In this document: positions 62,101-64,000 of the stretch, in pieces
Layout: each line of letters starts with the position of its first letter
Numbering within the stretch: the first letter of the stretch is position 1
NCBI RefSeq assembly: GCF_006345805.1
Contig: NC_043010.1
Span: 43,834,001-43,898,000, forward strand
DNA from: Octopus sinensis
Lineage: Eukaryota
Length of the DNA stretch: 64,000 nt
Direction: 5' to 3'
Made by a program: the position numbers and the translations under genes
Notes under the pieces: model-generated
What the model was told of the DNA's origin: nothing
Seen by the model: only the letters and a program-made list of their open reading frames with translations
The model's database searches: none

Positions 62101-63329
62101 TTCACATCAACCCGGAGTTTCTACCTTTACAAACAGGGTGTTATGTCCTTATTACTTTGTGATGTTTTGCTGCCCTAGTAACTGTTTAATTTTTTCTGTG
62201 TTAGTTGTAAATAAGGAGAAAATACACACATCCATTTATATATATATACTAGCAAACACGCCGTTCTTTGGACAGTTTAAGTTGCCTTTGTGGTGTTTTT
62301 TTCATCAAATAATTGAACTACCGAGAAGGTTTATATGTAGCATGGCAAGCTATGTTTCCGATTAACCTAGGAGAAGAAACCAAATTGAAGGCTGGTCATT
62401 GTGGAGGTCATTGCACTTAAATAATAATAGAACATATAAGTTTGCAAGCAATGCAAAGTAGAGCTACTGAAGTATTTTGGGAGTAGATTATGGATAATGA
62501 CTACAAAATATAGTTTGTTTTACCTGAAAGTGAATTTACTTGTCAGAAGCCTTCACATAAATGGTGTAAAGAAATTGAAGATTGATGTTGAAACTTCCCC
62601 TCTGCGGGTTTATTTTATTCAACAGCAAAGGGAGCTATTTTTTCAGACAGAAGTATGATTGGTATGTTCAAAAATGGCAATATAATACCTACTTGAAAAA
62701 GTAGCATTAAAGGAATGTATTTGCTATGTGCTTAGTGTATGACCATTCTGAAATTTACTTCAAGAAATGAAGACATGAAGAGTTTGACTTCAGATCACGA
62801 ATACTGCTTTGAATCCTAGCTGTTTGCAGCGAAAAGATGTTGCATTTGAAATATCATAATGGATGGGTAAATAAGCATCCTTAAAGTGAAACAACACATT
62901 GGCAGATAAATAAAGGTATCAACAAATAGAAGAGAGGGAAGGGAACATCACTGTTCAAGTAACTCAGAATAGGTAAAGCTAAGCTTGCCAAAGTTTAATG
63001 GTTTAAATATGGATATTAAGATTGCTTGGTATTGGATATTCACTGTGTACAGTTTTCCTAGTTAGTTTAATCATTGTCGCAGATGGACAGTCAAAATAAA
63101 TAAATAGACAAGACTTTTATAATATTCTCTAACCAAGTAATGAATACACAATTACAACATATAATTAAATAACAGGGGGACAGTCAAAATACATAAATAG
63201 ACAAAATCCTTTCACTTTTATAATATTTTCTAATCAAGTAATAATACACAATTACAACATATAAATAAAGCGAGAAAGTGTGAAAACCACTAAAAGATAT
63301 CTCTAATGCCAATCTATCTATCTATCCGC

Positions 63330-63692
63330 TCAGTCAAAGTCGACTCTCGGTTACTCGTTGGATCAGTGTCCTCCAGTCAGTTCTATCCTGGGCCGCTTCT
63401 TTCAGATTGGCTATGTCCATTCCGGTATCACTCTTGATGGTGTCAAGCCAGCGGGTTCTTGGTCGGCCTCTTCCTCTCTTGCCACTGACCATTCCGAGCA
63501 TGATGTCCTTCTCCAGGGATTTTCTCCGCATAATATGACCGAAATATGCCAATCCATGCTTGGTGATCCTAGCTTCTAGCGACATTTTTGGCCTGATCTG
63601 CTTAAGAACTTCTCCATTGGTGAGCCTCGCTATCCATGAAATCCGTAAAAGTCTTCTCCAACACCAAAGCTCAAATGCATTAATTCTCTTCT
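63330..63692 (-). mobile_element. RTE LINE C-terminal fragment
   Basis: INAFELWCWRRLL..SLEARITKHGLAYFGHIMRRKSLEKDIMLG..GRPRTRWLD; same family as 41455-42400. Confidence 0.85.
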
Positions 63693-64000
63693 ATACGACC
63701 ATATAGATTAAAAAGTATGAAAGACCCTACATACAAAAAAACTATATACATACAACGAATTAGAGAAAAACCTTTGTAAATCACCATTTTTCCCAGTTTT
63801 TCCATTTACATGGGAGCTCTGGACAAAATGTTATAGTGCATGACCATCCTTGGGACATAAGTAATTTGCGTGTGTAAAGTTTGGGGAAAATCGGCTGAGA
63901 ATTGTGGAAATGTATGTGTTAGTCAATACACACACACACACACATACTCTGATTTATATATACTAAATATATGTGTATGTGTATATGTGTGTGTTTCATA

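Noticed and set aside
51955-64000. HDV-like (CPEB3-type) ribozyme or CPEB RRM exons in this intron
   Set aside because: None recognised by eye. A nested double pseudoknot cannot be excluded without an RNArobo or Infernal search.

Overview
AT-rich, microsatellite-dense eukaryotic genomic DNA. The repeat families and composition suggest an octopus or other coleoid cephalopod (inference). The one well-supported host gene is on the + strand: a 1.86-kb first coding exon (50095-51954, GTAAGT donor) encoding the Q/N/S-rich low-complexity N-terminus of a CPEB2/3/4 (Orb2-type) RNA-binding protein. Its RRM exons are not in the window. Putative 5' UTR exons lie at ~29.4-29.9 kb and 49668-49731. Three or four splice-bounded open exons on the - strand (27572-27790, 17300-17425, 9869-10155, microexon 2819-2846) suggest one or two unidentified genes, one of them divergent from CPEB. 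The rest is mostly decayed transposable elements: Penelope-like elements (Naiad-type and Neptune-type), CR1-like and RTE LINEs, R4/HERO fragments, several tRNA-SINE families, and Tc1/mariner, hAT, Helitron, Gypsy and MULE-like remnants. There is one 100-N gap. The most notable hidden structure is a set of about 11 minimal type-I hammerhead ribozyme motifs tied to Penelope termini. They include two recurrent non-canonical cores (U4C: CCGAUGA; A6U: CUGUNGA), and several copies lie sense-oriented inside the CPEB introns. Long inverted repeats that could form dsRNA are also present.
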